Assembly: GCF_964204645.1 (NCBI RefSeq)
Contig: NC_134029.1
Location: 15,804,950-15,868,949, forward strand
Direction of reading: 5' to 3'
Origin: Tubulanus polymorphus
Lineage: Eukaryota; Animalia; Nemertea
DNA length: 64,000 bases
The notes below the pieces were generated by a model. The model saw only the letters and a program-made list of their open reading frames with translations. It was not told the DNA's origin and did not search any database. This document shows positions 39,601 through 53,099 of this stretch, in pieces. Position 1 is the stretch's first letter. Each line of letters starts with the position of its first letter. Position numbers and translations under genes: made by a program.

Positions 39601-42600
39601 ATCAATCATGGCGCGCATACTGGCGCGAATCTGAAAGTTTGTGACGTCATTTCATAAATAAATAAAGAAGGAATGCTCCGACAATATCCAATTCACAGGT
39701 TACTGTGAATAACTGGGGTTCGACCATTCACAACTCAAAAATGTACTTCCTTGTTTGTGAAGTAAGTTTATTCATACTGTTATTAAAAGCAGTTCCTTTT
39801 AAACATTCTATAATAGTATAGTTTTGTTCGTGGATATAATACTTCGAAAAATCAACAGCGGTTTATTCATTTACTGTACCGGTACGCGTTTTCTTAATTG
39901 AATTGAATTGGTCTGGTCCAAACGGCGGGTCATACTAGTTAGCGTCAGAAAATGTCAGCGTCGGTGATACCATGTTATCGTCGATATTAAACGGTCTAAA
40001 GTCAGTTTATACATCACATACATTACAAATTGGAGGCCCCTTGTACATGTACATCACATCGTGACGCAGCGGCGATGGTAATGTCATATAAGAACAAAGT
40101 GAGTTGAAAATACCTACCCACTGTACCGATAAAGAATGATTGCTAGCCAGAGAGCAGTGACAGTCAGTAGTAATGGGGAGTGATGGTACCGTTCGTGATT
40201 ATGTTTTTATAATGGTTAGTGGACGTCAATTTCATATGTGAATTGTAGTCCCCATCTGATCGCTTGACTTGTCAGACTGACTTGTCACTCTACTAATAGT
40301 AACACTATAAGGCCTTACCTCCTGCATACTTTACCCTATAGGCCAAATTTGTGCTTTGGGCCAAATTCGGTTTTCTTATCTAGTCGACTTTTTTTCGGAA
40401 CTAATTATCGGAACTAATTATAACCGAATATGCGCTTAAACTGTCACTGTTATTTCCCCGAAAACCTGGCACATTACTACTTTGCGCGTAGTAGCACAAG
40501 CGCGTAGTAGCACATGTGGGTCAACATATCCATGTTGTGAGTAAACCCCTAGGTGGCACTCTTTCAAAAAAACGGAATGTTACGAACTGATTTCGGGTGA
40601 AATCTTTGCTCGCATCCCTGAACGACATTCTATCCAGAAAGGCAGAAACCCGTTATCGCTGTGAAGCGGGATACCGGGATTCGGGGTAGCGTGCTCTGGC
40701 AAGTGACTACAAGAAATCTACTTCCGTTTCCGTAAAGATTCATAATGTCAAGTCTCAGGTCTCAACTCTCGGAATTTCCTCGACCAAGAGGGAATACAGG
40801 TAACTCTCTCTCTCTCTCCCATAATCCTATACATTAAAAAAGGCGCATATCGGCGTCGCTTCTATGGTTCGCTCACGTCACTAGCATCTGGGTGGTAGAG
40901 AAGCTAGAAGGGGAAAATACTCTGATTTCCTCCATGAGATTTAACGTTCAAAAATATATCAAGTCTTCCTCTGGTGAGTGAGAATACTTTATGGAGTCCT
41001 AATTCTAAGTGATGTCATAATGGTAACACGGGTGACTGAATGTCCTCACAAATCACCCATGAAAAAGCGTGTGCATGAATGAAAAACTGTGACCAAGAGA
41101 ATTAATAGGAGGAAATAGGACTGAGGAGGAAATACAGGACTGCGTCCAGCGCTACAAGTATTTCCGGCCTCCACAGCCGACCTGCGCAGGCGTTTAGCTT
41201 AAAAAGAGAATAATAGATACCAACTAAATAAAACGAGAAGCATTCACCAATTTTTGACCTCTCCCACTAGAGGGTGCCCTCAATGCTTCCCCTTTTGGAA
41301 GACTTACATGATGCCCAAAACACTTCAACCCACAAGATTCTCCAAGAATATTTTATGGTGTCACAGAATCCCAAAATGCACACGCCAAAAATCCTTTCCT
41401 CAAATGATAGTAAATCCGACACCACAAATATAGTTAAGGGAAAAAGGCAAAAGATTTAGAATTTTATGTATATGATAATATTCTCTTGAATACTATTTAT
41501 TATTTCTTGGAAATATTCAAACAATAAACAATATGTACCCAACCTCGAGGCTATCTCTTATTTATTACATTTTGAGTAGATAAAATGGCCAACCGGTCAC
41601 CAAAGGAGATTAACACAGGCATATTGCCCTTAATACAAGTGCACGACTCGCACCAGAAACCAATAGTATTAAGAATAAAGATTTCAGATAGTCTAACATC
41701 ACGTCTCAATAATAGTTGCTAAAACCCTGCGCTCTTTTTACGCTAAAGAAAATGTAACTCTAAGTGCTCCAAATAAAGATAAGAATTTTCGCTATATTTG
41801 ATCATAGTTCCAGTTAAGTATTTATTTAATTATTTTTCCTATTATGTTTATGTAAGAGATGGTCACTATTCCGAAAACTCAAAAGTTGAGGGAAAAACCA
41901 AGAGAGGAAATCGGAAAGAAGAATACTTTCGGGGAATTATTCAAAGGAGAGAGCCTCCTTGAACCCTGAAAGATTGTTTTCCGAAAACATCTTGGAAGAA
42001 AAACAACTTAATAAGGAGAATAAGGACCAAAAAATATTTTTGCTAAAGGAAATCAGTGCTAAGTATGACTTACTAAGAAAATTAGATTAATCCCTCCCCC
42101 CATAGTTCGAAATCTTAGTAATATACACCTAAGAATGTACACCGAGACTAATTAATAAAGCACATTTTTGCCTTTTATAGAGCCCAGATTATGACATAAC
42201 CCCATCTAATTGGCTAAAACAAAGCACCCCGAGCACACAATATAATTAAGAACCGTATAGTGGCACCATCTCGGGCACAGAGCACAGCATAGAAATATCG
42301 ATTTAAGCACGGGAATATCGATTAAGGCACATTAACTTGAAAAATACAAAACGGGAATGACCCAAACACATAGAAGAGGTCTTCAAGTAGAGTTTTTGAA
42401 TTCAAACTAAATCATACAATATTTCATTAAGATAGAAATAAAATAGTTTCTAATCTGCCAGACCGAAGTCCATAACATTTAACATTCTTGCCTCAGAATT
42501 ACAAATACGTTATAAGGTTTTATTTTACATCATACAAACTTTTAATATGAATTTAATAGGAATTTAATATGAATTTTAGACTGAACTGGGGAGGACTCTG

Positions 42601-43443
42601 CAGCTGGAAAATAAAAAGAACAGAACGAAGTGAAACGAATTTCCGCTACAGCTGCTAGCAGCTATATTTAGGGTTTTCTGACTTTCGTCGAAAACCCTCT
42701 TGTAATTCTGTTGATTATTATCATTATTAACAACATATCTTCCACTTTTTTTCATCACATAAAATTCATCTTCTCTCGGATTCGACAACTAACAGCTACT
42801 TAACGGAATGTAGAATTCTGATAGAAATATAACAGACTTTCCCTCCACGTAGATTCTATCAATGCACTCTGCACCCTATTTTAAACTTAAAATTACTTTC
42901 AGACAGCTAACACCAGCGGAAATATACTACGCCGGTGATCGGCTATTGGTATGTCCCTTTAGACCGGTTGATCCCATTCTCCATTTTACATGTTCGATGC
43001 ATGTCAAACATGTCAGTATCGAGTTAGTTCCGGGTTAAAATGGCGTCTCATCGAATAAGCGAAACTAAGAGTAATATCAAAATCGCACTGGAATGATTGA
43101 TTACAGTAAATCAGCTGATAATCTATGAATCATAAATGTAATCAGCAAACAAACGGAAATTCAAAGACCGAAGAAAAGGCATTAATTGCTGTGAGTATCG
43201 AATTAATCTGCTGATATTACTCGGAATTCAAATAGCCACTACCATGACTACTGAATTGATACTTATTAATTTTGAAGGTAAGAAAAAGGGATCAGCTGTG
43301 ATAGACATTCTGAGGGAACTTTGCTGAAGGGCGACATGGTTTCTTCGTCAACCATATGTAAAATATATTCACTCAATTGATGTGTTTCTGATGATGTGAA
43401 AATGACTAAAGTCTGAATAAAGTTTACAATCGTAAATCACCAT

Positions 43444-46147
43444 ATCACCATAATAAAATATATCTATGTAGAAAATGTTTACATAAATTCAGTAATGAAA
43501 GTACATTATTATATCATAAACAATTATGTGAAAATCATGATTATTGTAAATTAGTTTTACCAAATGAAAAGGATAAAATATTAGAATTCAAAAAATATGA
43601 TTACAAAAATAAAGTTCCATTTGTTATATATGGAGATTTTGAATCATTAAATAAAGAATTAACTGATCAAGATAGAAAAGAAATATATTATAAAAGAAAG
43701 AAATTAAATTCTAATGAAAATGATTTTTCAGATGAACCACCAAAAACAAATACTATTAAAAAGATTCATCAATCAGCTGCTGCTTTCGGGTTATATATTA
43801 AATCTGATTATACAGAACTAATTGAAAGTGAATATTATCATTACAGAAATGAAAATGTTATCAATCATTTTTGTGACTTATTAATTGAATATGAAATAAG
43901 ATTTATTAAATTATTGAATACAAATAAAGAAATTTTAATGACAGAAGAAGATAAAGAAGAATTTGTGTTTACAGATAAATGTTATTAGTGTGAAAAGATA
44001 TTTAATTTTAGAGATAAAAAAGTAAGAGACCATGATCATTTGAACGGAAAGTTTATAGGCGCTGCACATGAGAATTGTAACTTACAAGCTAAGAAAATTA
44101 ACTTTGTACCAGTTATATTTCATAATCTATCAGGATATGATGCACATTTATTCATCAAACAGTTATGCCATAAAATAGAAGAAATTAATAATGAAATAGA
44201 AAGATTAAATTCAAATAGATCAAAAGATAAAAAACCAACTTATAAATTTAGAATGTTAGCTAAAACATCTGAGAATTATATATCATTCCAATTTGGGTGT
44301 TTAAGATTTATAGATTCATATAGATTTTTAAATAGTTCATTAGATAACTTATCAAAATCATTAGTTGATGATGAATTGAAAATATTAAAACAACACTACC
44401 CAAATAATGATGATTTTCAATTAATGAGATATAAAGGCGCAATTCCATATTCTTTCTATAAAAATCATAATGATTTTAACATAACTGAATTATTGAAAGA
44501 ACAATTCTATGATGAATTAAAAAATGAATATGTTAAAGATGAAGTATATAATAGAACATTGAATATTTGGAATCATTTCAAAATAGAAAATCATGGACAA
44601 TTAGTAGATTCATATCTAAAATCAGATGTATTATTATTAACTGATATATTCGAAAGGTTTAGAGATGTAAATCTAAAATATTTCGATATTGATCCATGTC
44701 ATTGTTATTCAAGTCCAGGATTAACATGGGATCGTGGTTTAAAATTTACAGATATAAAAATGGATTTGTTAACAAATATAGATCAATTACTATTATTTGA
44801 AAAATCTATAAGAGGAGGAGTTTCAGGTGTATTAGGCGATAGATATTTCAATGTAAATGATAATCCTGGATATAAGTTATTATATATAGATGCAAATAAT
44901 TTGTATGGTTGGGCAATGATGGAACCACAACCTTATGGAGTATTTGAATTAACTGAAGTTTCACAACATGAAAATAATGATAAATTTGATTGGAAGAAAA
45001 GAATTCTAGATATTGCAGATGATTCAGATACTGGTTACTTTTTTGTTGTAGATTTAGAATATCCTGAACATATTGAATTTAAATCTAGAAATCTAGCATA
45101 CTGTCCAGAACATAAAACTGTAACTCATGAAGAATTATCAAATTATCAAAAAAGGATTAAACCCGAAAATCATATTCATACAGAAAAGTTAATGGTAACT
45201 CAGGAAGATAAATATAATTATGTAGTACATTATAGAAAGTTTTATTTGAATCAAGGAATGGTTCTAAAAAAAGTACATAGATATATTTCATTTAGTCAAT
45301 CTAAATGGTTAGAAAAATATATAGATTTTAACACCAAACAGAGCACTGAAGCTAAAACTGATTTTGAGAAAGATTTCTTCAAGTTAATGAACAATGCATT
45401 CTATGGTAAGACTTGTGAAAATATTAGAAATAGAAATGATATTGTTATGATATGAAAATTTAGCTGCAGTTAAAATGAGAAGAACTTCTATGAAATTAAA
45501 TAAACCAATTTATGTTGGTGCTTCAGTTTTAGAAATATCAAAGCTATTGATGTATGAATTCTATTATAACGTATTACAACCTCATTTTGGAGAAAAGCAT
45601 ATAGAAATCTTATATTTTGATACAGATTCTTACATATTAAAGATTAAAACTAATGACATAACAGATGATTTAAAAACATTAAAACATCATTTTGATTTTA
45701 GTATTTATCCTAAAGATCATGAATTGTTTAACAATGATAATAAAAAGGTGCCTGGTAAATTCAAAGATGAATTAGGTGGTGAAGAAATGATTGAATTCAT
45801 TAGTATTACATCTAAAATGTATTCATATAAAACCAAAGAACATGAAGCTAAAAAGTTAAAAGGAATTACCAAAAGCGTTGTTGAAAAGAATATTCATTTC
45901 AAAGATTACATCAATTGTATATTCAATGAAGAAGTTAGAAAACATGAGATGTTTAAGATCTGAAGATCATGAAATGTTTATTGAAGAAATAGAGAAGATA
46001 AGTTTAAACCCATTCGATGATAAAAGATATATTTTAGATGATGGAATTCATTCAGTTGCTTTTGGTTGCAATTTAGATAAATACTTAAGATTTAAAAGAG
46101 AAGAAACAAAAGAGAAGGAAATAATGAACAGGATTATAACGTGTTAA
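43444..46147 (+). pseudogene. polB: Polinton PolB fragment (copy B), from the zinc finger before the exonuclease domain to the C-terminus
   Basis: VIYGDFES, RDHDHLNG..AAHENCN, FHNLSGYDAH, YIDANNLYG, KLMNNAFYGK, YFDTDS. Stop at about 43987 and frameshifts near 45450 and 45950. Highly similar to 60740..63691. Confidence 0.93.
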
Positions 46148-46176
46148 TCAAATTTCAATTAAAATATGTATTATAA

Positions 46177-46229
46177 ATGGAGAGTAAACAAGTACACAGT
46201 GAGAACAACAAATCATTTCTAGATAGAAA
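46177..46229 (+). pseudogene. Truncated start of the 117-aa Polinton ORF (end of copy B)
   Basis: MESKQVHSENNKSFLDR matches the start of 60290..60643. Confidence 0.8.
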
Positions 46230-48269
46230 CACATTATTATTCGAAAATGAAATTATTAAATTCGTGGAATCAGTTGTAAAGCTGAAAAAAGAAATACGGT
46301 TATGATTGGGTCAGGATAAAGACAAAGCAATAAGTAACCTGGCAGACTAGGTTGAGGCAAATGTATGATTCATCAGTGGAACACTGACCGAGGCTACAAT
46401 ATTGTAACCTAGGTCAGTTGAATCGGTATTCGAAAAACGCCTAATGAAAAACACCGAATCGGAAAACGCATAACGCCTAATTCCTAGAAAATGACCTAAT
46501 TTAGAAGCTGTGCTATTTACCGATATTGTCACTTTCGTGACATACTATTTAGTGATACTCACAATCCAATTCAATTACATAACGGAAAAATGGCAGCTTT
46601 CTCAACCGATGATATTAGAAAGATCAGAAGGGTTAGTATCAAGAGGGTTTAGGGTTTAATACTATGGGCTAGGCTTTACATAGTTACAAAATTAACGGTT
46701 TCGGAAGCTCGCATCGCTAGTGCTGTCGTAAAACGTTACGCTTACACTCCGGTGTTTGCGTGTTCGAATCCTGATTTTTTGGGGTATTTTTCAAGAGTTT
46801 TCAAGTCCATACAGTCAATGTGCATGCGCGACGAGCCGATTAGGATCTACCCTTTAAAACCGGCCTCAAATTTTGAATGCCGGAATCATTAGATGGTCGT
46901 GCATAAATATGGTACAACGGCAACGCGCACGAAGACTGATAGCCTTTCTCAAATAATCCTCCAACGGTTCACATCCACGCTATGTGAGTCTTATTCAGAT
47001 TAGGCCTACCAACGAGTGGTGTAAATGATCTCAGCCCCTGAACTCAAAGACAAAAATAATAAACTAAGTTCCATATCAAAAATAAATGTCTTTTATTATC
47101 ATGAAATAATAACAAGATTTATTAGATTTATTAGCAGTATAATACCGGTACACTTACGTATCACTTCGGTACACTCCCTGATTTCTTATCAACTTCTCTC
47201 TTCGTTACACATAATTGAGTCAAGGGAATTAAAAATATAAGAAGTTGTGCATGCATACTTTATGGATGGCCACGTAGGCTTACACCCAAGGAAATACTTG
47301 TACATGTATTCTAATGTCTATTTCAACTTTGATCGGACTTGATCAACTGACGTATTTACCTAATTAATATGTCCGTAAATCACTAGCAGTGGACAGTGGA
47401 ACTAAAACATCAATTTTTTAATGCATTTTACGCTATATTGAAGGAATGTCAAAAGTTCTCTAATTTACTAAACAGAATCGGAGAAAAAAGTCTTCATTTT
47501 CTGTTTCCAATGTCTAAATTACCTACAAACCATGATAAAAATGTTTTGAAAATACACGTATCTCGGTTTGTAGGCATAGAAACAGAAGGCGCATTTTCAA
47601 ACTTTATTGACACATTGATTTGGGACATTGGGAAGGTTGGTACTTTATAACCAAAACTGAGTTACTTCACCCAAATAAGATTAAATAGACATTGGAAGTA
47701 TTAAATGAAAAACTGAAAAAATGATAAGTTCTCTTACCAATGCATAAATACATATATTTCTTCACTAATCAATGCATAGGCTACAAACTGGTACACAAAC
47801 TCGATAGATCACACTCGATCCACTGAAAATAAGAGTTAAATGATAATCAGAAAAATTGAATTCATTGATCTAGAATTAAAAATAACCTTTATGAAGAAAT
47901 TGTTGGTAGTTTTTCAAATGGCCAACAGTCATTGATGCCTGTAAACTTGCAGTAACTTTTACTGCACCTGGAACGAAATTAGGATATTTCTTATTAATAC
48001 AAGAAACATTCAAATGGTAATATGTATTTTGTCGTTTGTCACTAACACATAAATTATTTGTATTCTTATCTAAGTATGTGCGGTAATCTAATTTTCGTAC
48101 AATCAAATCACTTGGAGTTAATCTATCAAAATCAGTAAATTCTTTAATTCGCACACCAAGTAAGAATACAAGAAAAAAACCATCATCAGAATGGGAAATA
48201 CTATTATCACAACCAGGATTACCACGATATCTTCTAACAGTTTGTCCCTTCATTCCAGCAGTAGATAAA

Positions 48270-49170
48270 AGTAATAGGGATAATAGGCTTTCAAGCCAAA
48301 GGTCGAACGGTCGAGCTCATTAAAAAACAAAACATTAAAAGTAATTTAAAACTATAATATATTTTCATAACCGTGTGCATTTTATATTATAACTAAATAT
48401 TTATTCTAAGATATTAATAATTTTAATTTTAAAAGCATATTGTATTAAATCAATTGGTCGCTCCACTTCGCTACCGCTCCGCTCCGCGACCAATTGATTT
48501 ATTTACAATACACAAATTCATATAATCAAATATATTTTGATAATAATAATTATTCTATTATTCAACTGAAATACACACGGTTATGAAAATATATTATAGT
48601 TTTAAATTACTTTTAATATTTGTTTTTAATGAGCTCGCCCCTTCAACCTTTAACCTGAAAGCCTATTATCCCTATTACTCTTAAAATATTCATATACATG
48701 AATAACATTTAAATTGACAGATTATTCAATATAAAAGTGTAAGCTCTTATAGAATAGATATATAGATATATTTTAAACATTATTTCAATATTCATATTTG
48801 TTAGATTTTTAAACATTGAAAGTGTTAGTAAAGTGTGATTGAAATAATACATGATATAAATCATTGAACTTCTAAAATCAATTTTAATAAAAAATTTAGT
48901 ATTAAAATGGAAGCAAATAAGTACTACTGCCCAACATGTAATATCAATATAGATAAATCCCAAAAAGCAAGACACAATAAAACTAAAACACATTTAGAGA
49001 ATAAATTGAAATTAGAATATGAAGATGATATATTGGAAACTAAATTAGATGTTTAAAGAATGAAAAAGAAACATACAAATGTGATACATGTAATCAATCA
49101 TTCAGTGATAAAAGATTTTATAAAGAACATTTAAAATCTAAAAGTCATATTAGAAATAAGAATAATGATA
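48270..49170. repeat. Left TIR including a 410-bp terminal fold-back (48270-48680)
   Basis: 48640-49170 is the reverse complement of 63427-63965; 48270-48383 pairs with 48569-48680. Confidence 0.9.
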
Positions 49171-49739
49171 ACTTATTTTCATTATTTAACATTACAAATT
49201 ATATCTCAGCAACAAATTTAGTGTATGGAAGACAATATAAAATTGATAATATTTCTATAATCAATCAAATATTATCAAATGAAGCATATTTAATTATTGA
49301 ACTGATAGATAATGGAATCAAAAGTCCTAACATATTTAATACAGTTTTAAATCATAAAGGAATTTTAGATGAAAAAATTATAAATATTCTTGAAACTCCT
49401 TTCAATGAAAGAAATGATGATTTAATACTTTCTAGAGGTTACAATAATTTGATTAACTTAAGAATTGAAAAAAGACAATTATATTATTTAAATTTTGATG
49501 ATAAACCAATTATCTATAATGAAAATTCATCAAATATTGGTATTCAATGTGAATTAGATAATAATAATTCTTATAAAGATATTGGAATTCAATGTAATTT
49601 AGATGATGAAATTTTTGCGCCTAAATATAATCCGAATGATAGCGTTTTATGTAATTGTGGAAAATATTATACTCGAAGCAATAAATCACACCATCTTAAA
49701 TCAAAATATCATAACTCCAAATATGTTAATCAATTTTAA
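48907..49739 (+). pseudogene. Zinc-finger accessory protein (~277 aa): PolB-identical N-terminus fused to the homolog of 3496..4131; 1-nt deletion at about 49051
   Basis: MEANKYYCPTC..., then CDTCNQSFSDKRFYKEHLKSKSHIRNKNND continuing in frame into NYISATNLVYGRQYKID. Confidence 0.8.
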
Positions 49740-49757
49740 TAAAAATATGTATAATAA

Positions 49758-50420
49758 ATGGAGGAACAATCACAAGCTATAAATATAAACAATAATGGTG
49801 TAACAAATATATGCTATAAGAAATGTAATAAGTGTGAATTGAATAAATCATAAACAGAATTTCAAAAAGATAAAACTAAAAAAGATGGCAAACAAACATA
49901 TTGCAAAAGCTGTACTAAACTATACAATAACAAATTTCTTGAAAATAATCCAAATTATTCAACACAATATTATATGGATAATATTGAAAAATTCAAAGTT
50001 AGAAATAAACAATGGAGAGAAAATCACTCAGATTATATAACAGAATATATGAGGGAATGGAGGGATAATAATAGAGAATATTATAAAGCGTATCAAAATA
50101 ATTATAAGAAAGAAATCAAACAGATTTTAATTACAAATTGAAAAAATGTTTAAGATCTAAAGTATCAAAATTATTCAGTAAAGAAAACCACTCAGTTACA
50201 TTAGCACATTTATTGGATTGTTCAGATAAATTTTTTAAATCATGGATAATATATCAATTCGATGATAAAATGAATATAAATAATTATGGCAATTATTTTC
50301 ATATTGATCATGTGTTACCAATATCTAAATTTGACATGAATGATGAATACGATAAAAAGTTAATTTGGAATTGGAAAAACCTGAGACCTCTTGAAAAGAG
50401 ACCTGAGACCTTCTCTAATA
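49758..50420 (+). pseudogene. HNH endonuclease of the type found in giant DNA viruses, with N-terminal CxxC..CxxC
   Basis: KKCNKC...FQKDKTKKDG...YCKSC, helical linker, LLDCS..F.KSWI.YQFD..M...NYG.YFHIDHVLP...NWKNLRPL. In-frame stop at about 49851 and a scrambled 3' end. Confidence 0.8.
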
Positions 50421-50423
50421 TAA

Positions 50424-51032
50424 ATGTCAAAGAAATCGAGTAAGAATAGTATTGATATTGAAAAGACATTAGATGATTTGGGTATAAGTGATAATAAAGA
50501 TACAGTTGTAACTAATTGTGCTCAAGTTAATTGTAATATTGATTATGAATACTATTTATATTGTAAACACCATCTTGAATTACTAATTGCTGGCGGGAAA
50601 TCTAAAGAGTTTTTAACTAAGATAATTACTTTTCAAGAATTAAATGCTATGAAACCAGATAAAGTAATAAAATATTTTAAGATTTATGAAGAAGCTAGAT
50701 TAGCTAGAATAAATGATTCTATTTCAGATGGTATTATAAAATGTTATTCTAAGTTATGTAACCAGTTAATACCAATTAATGATGAAAATAAATTATATAA
50801 TGATTTGAAAAATGACTACTTAGTTATGACTGAATTACAAAAATGGGTTGGTTATGCTTCATTTCAATTAGGATCGGTTATGACATTAATTTCTACTGGC
50901 GTCATAACATTTTCGAACATCAAGCCTATGGAATATAAATCAGGTAAGAACGAAACAGATGACGCTGTACTACAACCAAACGTCGAAACAGAAAATGAAT
51001 CAGAACAAAAATTAACTAAAATAAATGAGTGA
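50424..51032 (+). CDS. Uncharacterised Polinton protein (202 aa) with hydrophobic C-terminal helix
   Basis: Intact ORF with TAAATG start, tightly packed between neighbours. Confidence 0.75.
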   Translation: MSKKSSKNSIDIEKTLDDLGISDNKDTVVTNCAQVNCNIDYEYYLYCKHHLELLIAGGKSKEFLTKIITFQELNAMKPDKVIKYFKIYEEARLARINDSISDGIIKCYSKLCNQLIPINDENKLYNDLKNDYLVMTELQKWVGYASFQLGSVMTLISTGVITFSNIKPMEYKSGKNETDDAVLQPNVETENESEQKLTKINE

Positions 51033-51393
51033 TGATGTTAAGAAAAAGGCTAGATCCGAGAAACAAATTAAATGGGCAAGAGAATTAGGTAAAAGATCTT
51101 CAGAATTAAAAAAAGCTAAGAAAAAGAAATTAACTGATATAAATGAATCACAGAAATTATCTGATATTGATTCAAATAATAATCCATCTGATTCTTCTAA
51201 TGCTGGAAGTAATTATAAATTATATATTACAATTGGATAAGTAACAGTTATTATATTATCCGGTGTAATATATAAATCAAAATTCAAATCTGATGATAAA
51301 TATGATTCCAATGATAATAAACCTATCATACCAGAAAATAAGTCAAATCATAAAGCCATTGAAACTAAATCTAAATTATTATTAATGGATTAA
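51025..51393 (+). pseudogene. Basic N-terminal helix + TM protein (~122 aa), interrupted by a stop at 51238
   Basis: Reading through the TAA gives LYITIG*VTVIILSGVIY (TM segment) and continues to LLMD* just before the integrase ATG. Confidence 0.65.
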
Positions 51394-51399
51394 AATAAG

Positions 51400-52492
51400 A
51401 TGAAAAAAGAACAATATTTAAGAGATTTATATTACAACCCAGAAAATGAAGTATCATATTCTAACGTTTCAGAATTATGGAATAAAAATTAAATCTGATA
51501 ATGAAAATGGTGATATAAAATATAGTGAATTAAAATCATGGTTACAAAATCAACCAACATATCAAATCCACAAGAAAATGGAAAAAACTTATTTAACAAG
51601 AAAAGTTATTGTTTCATATATCGATCAACAATGGCAAGCAGATTTAATTGACATGAAGAACTTAGAGGAATACAACAAAGGATATTTCTGGATATTAAAT
51701 GTTATAGACATATTCAGTAGATACGCATGGTCAATTCCAATCAAAAATAAAACTGGCATAGAAGTGACAAATGCTTTTAAATCAATATTTAAAGAAGCTA
51801 TTCCAGATAAGATACAATTTGATGAAGGTAAGGAATTTTATAACAAACATTTCAAAAAACTATTATCTGATAACGATGTAGATAATTTTTCAACACATTC
51901 AGATAAAAAAGCATCTATTATAGAAAGATTTAATAAAACATTGAAAACTAGAATGTGGAAATATTTTACTACTAATGAAACATATAAATATATCGATGTG
52001 TTAGATGATTTAGTGAAAGGTTATAATAATTCTAAACATAGTTCTATAAATATGAAACCTATACAAGCTAGAAAAGAAGATAATTCAGAAATAGTATGGA
52101 ATAATTTATATGGAGCATTTGTTACACAGGATTTCTGCGAACCTAGATTTAAAATAAGACAACACGTTAGAATATCTAAATATAGAAAAACATTTTATAA
52201 AGGTCATACCCCTAATTTTACAGAAGAAATATTTAAGATTAGAAAGATAATATTAACTAAACCATTTGTTTATAAATTAGAAGATCTAAAAGATGAAGAA
52301 ATATTAGGTTATTTCTATGAACAAGAATTATCACTTGTACCAAATCCCGATGAAATAGAATACAAAATAGAAAAAGTATTGAAAACAAAAACTCTTAAAG
52401 GAAAAAAGTATTCTTTGGTGAAATATAAAGGATATGATGATAAATTTAATGAATGGATTTTATTTAGTAAAATTAAAAGAATAAATGAATAA
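51400..52492 (+). CDS. int: Retroviral-like (rve) DDE integrase with C-terminal chromodomain; frameshift near 51485
   Basis: LRDLYYNP start, WQADLIDM, IDIFSRYAW, IQFDEGKEF, IIERFNKTLK, and chromodomain YKIEKVLK...LVKYKGYDDKFNEWI. Confidence 0.93.
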
Positions 52493-53097
52493 AGATTTAT
52501 TTATATTTGAACCGCATAATATGTTAATAACTGGAGTAACAAATTGTGGTAAAACATATTTCATATTAGACTTGTTAGAAACTATTCATAAGAATCATTT
52601 TGATAATATAATATTATTTTGTCCTACTTATGAAATGAATAAAACATATAATAGAGATATAGTTAAGATAAAAAAAGTTTATTATATTAGATCCTAAAAC
52701 AGTCAAAGAAAATTTAGATAATTGTATTAAAATAGCAATTGATACTTATAAAGGATCAAATACATTATTCATTGTAGATGATTGTGCTAATTTACATGAT
52801 TCAAAAGTGAGAGAAAGTGAGTTATGTTATTTAGCTTTCTCTGGGAGACATTTCGGGATAACAACATGGGTTTTAAATCAAAAATATAATTCAATTGTTA
52901 AAGACTTTAGGGAGAATATAAGATTTCTAGTTTTATTTTATAACAAAGATAAAAAATCTATGCAACAATCATTGGAAGAAAATCAAATTATACCTACTGA
53001 ATTACATGATGAATATATGAATAAATTAAAGAATAATAAAGGTTCAAAATTATTACTGAGATTAAAATTTCCATATGAATATAAATTTATAAAATAA
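52485..53097 (+). pseudogene. A32/FtsK-like genome packaging ATPase, frameshift at about 52670
   Basis: Walker A GVTNCGKT, Walker B LFIVDD (about 52765-52782), SGRHFGITTWVLNQKY. Confidence 0.9.
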
Positions 53098-53099
53098 CT

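Noticed and set aside
41220-42500. Degenerate L1/Tx1 LINE
   Set aside because: Only a weak GCP-like motif and A-rich bias; not supportable by eye.
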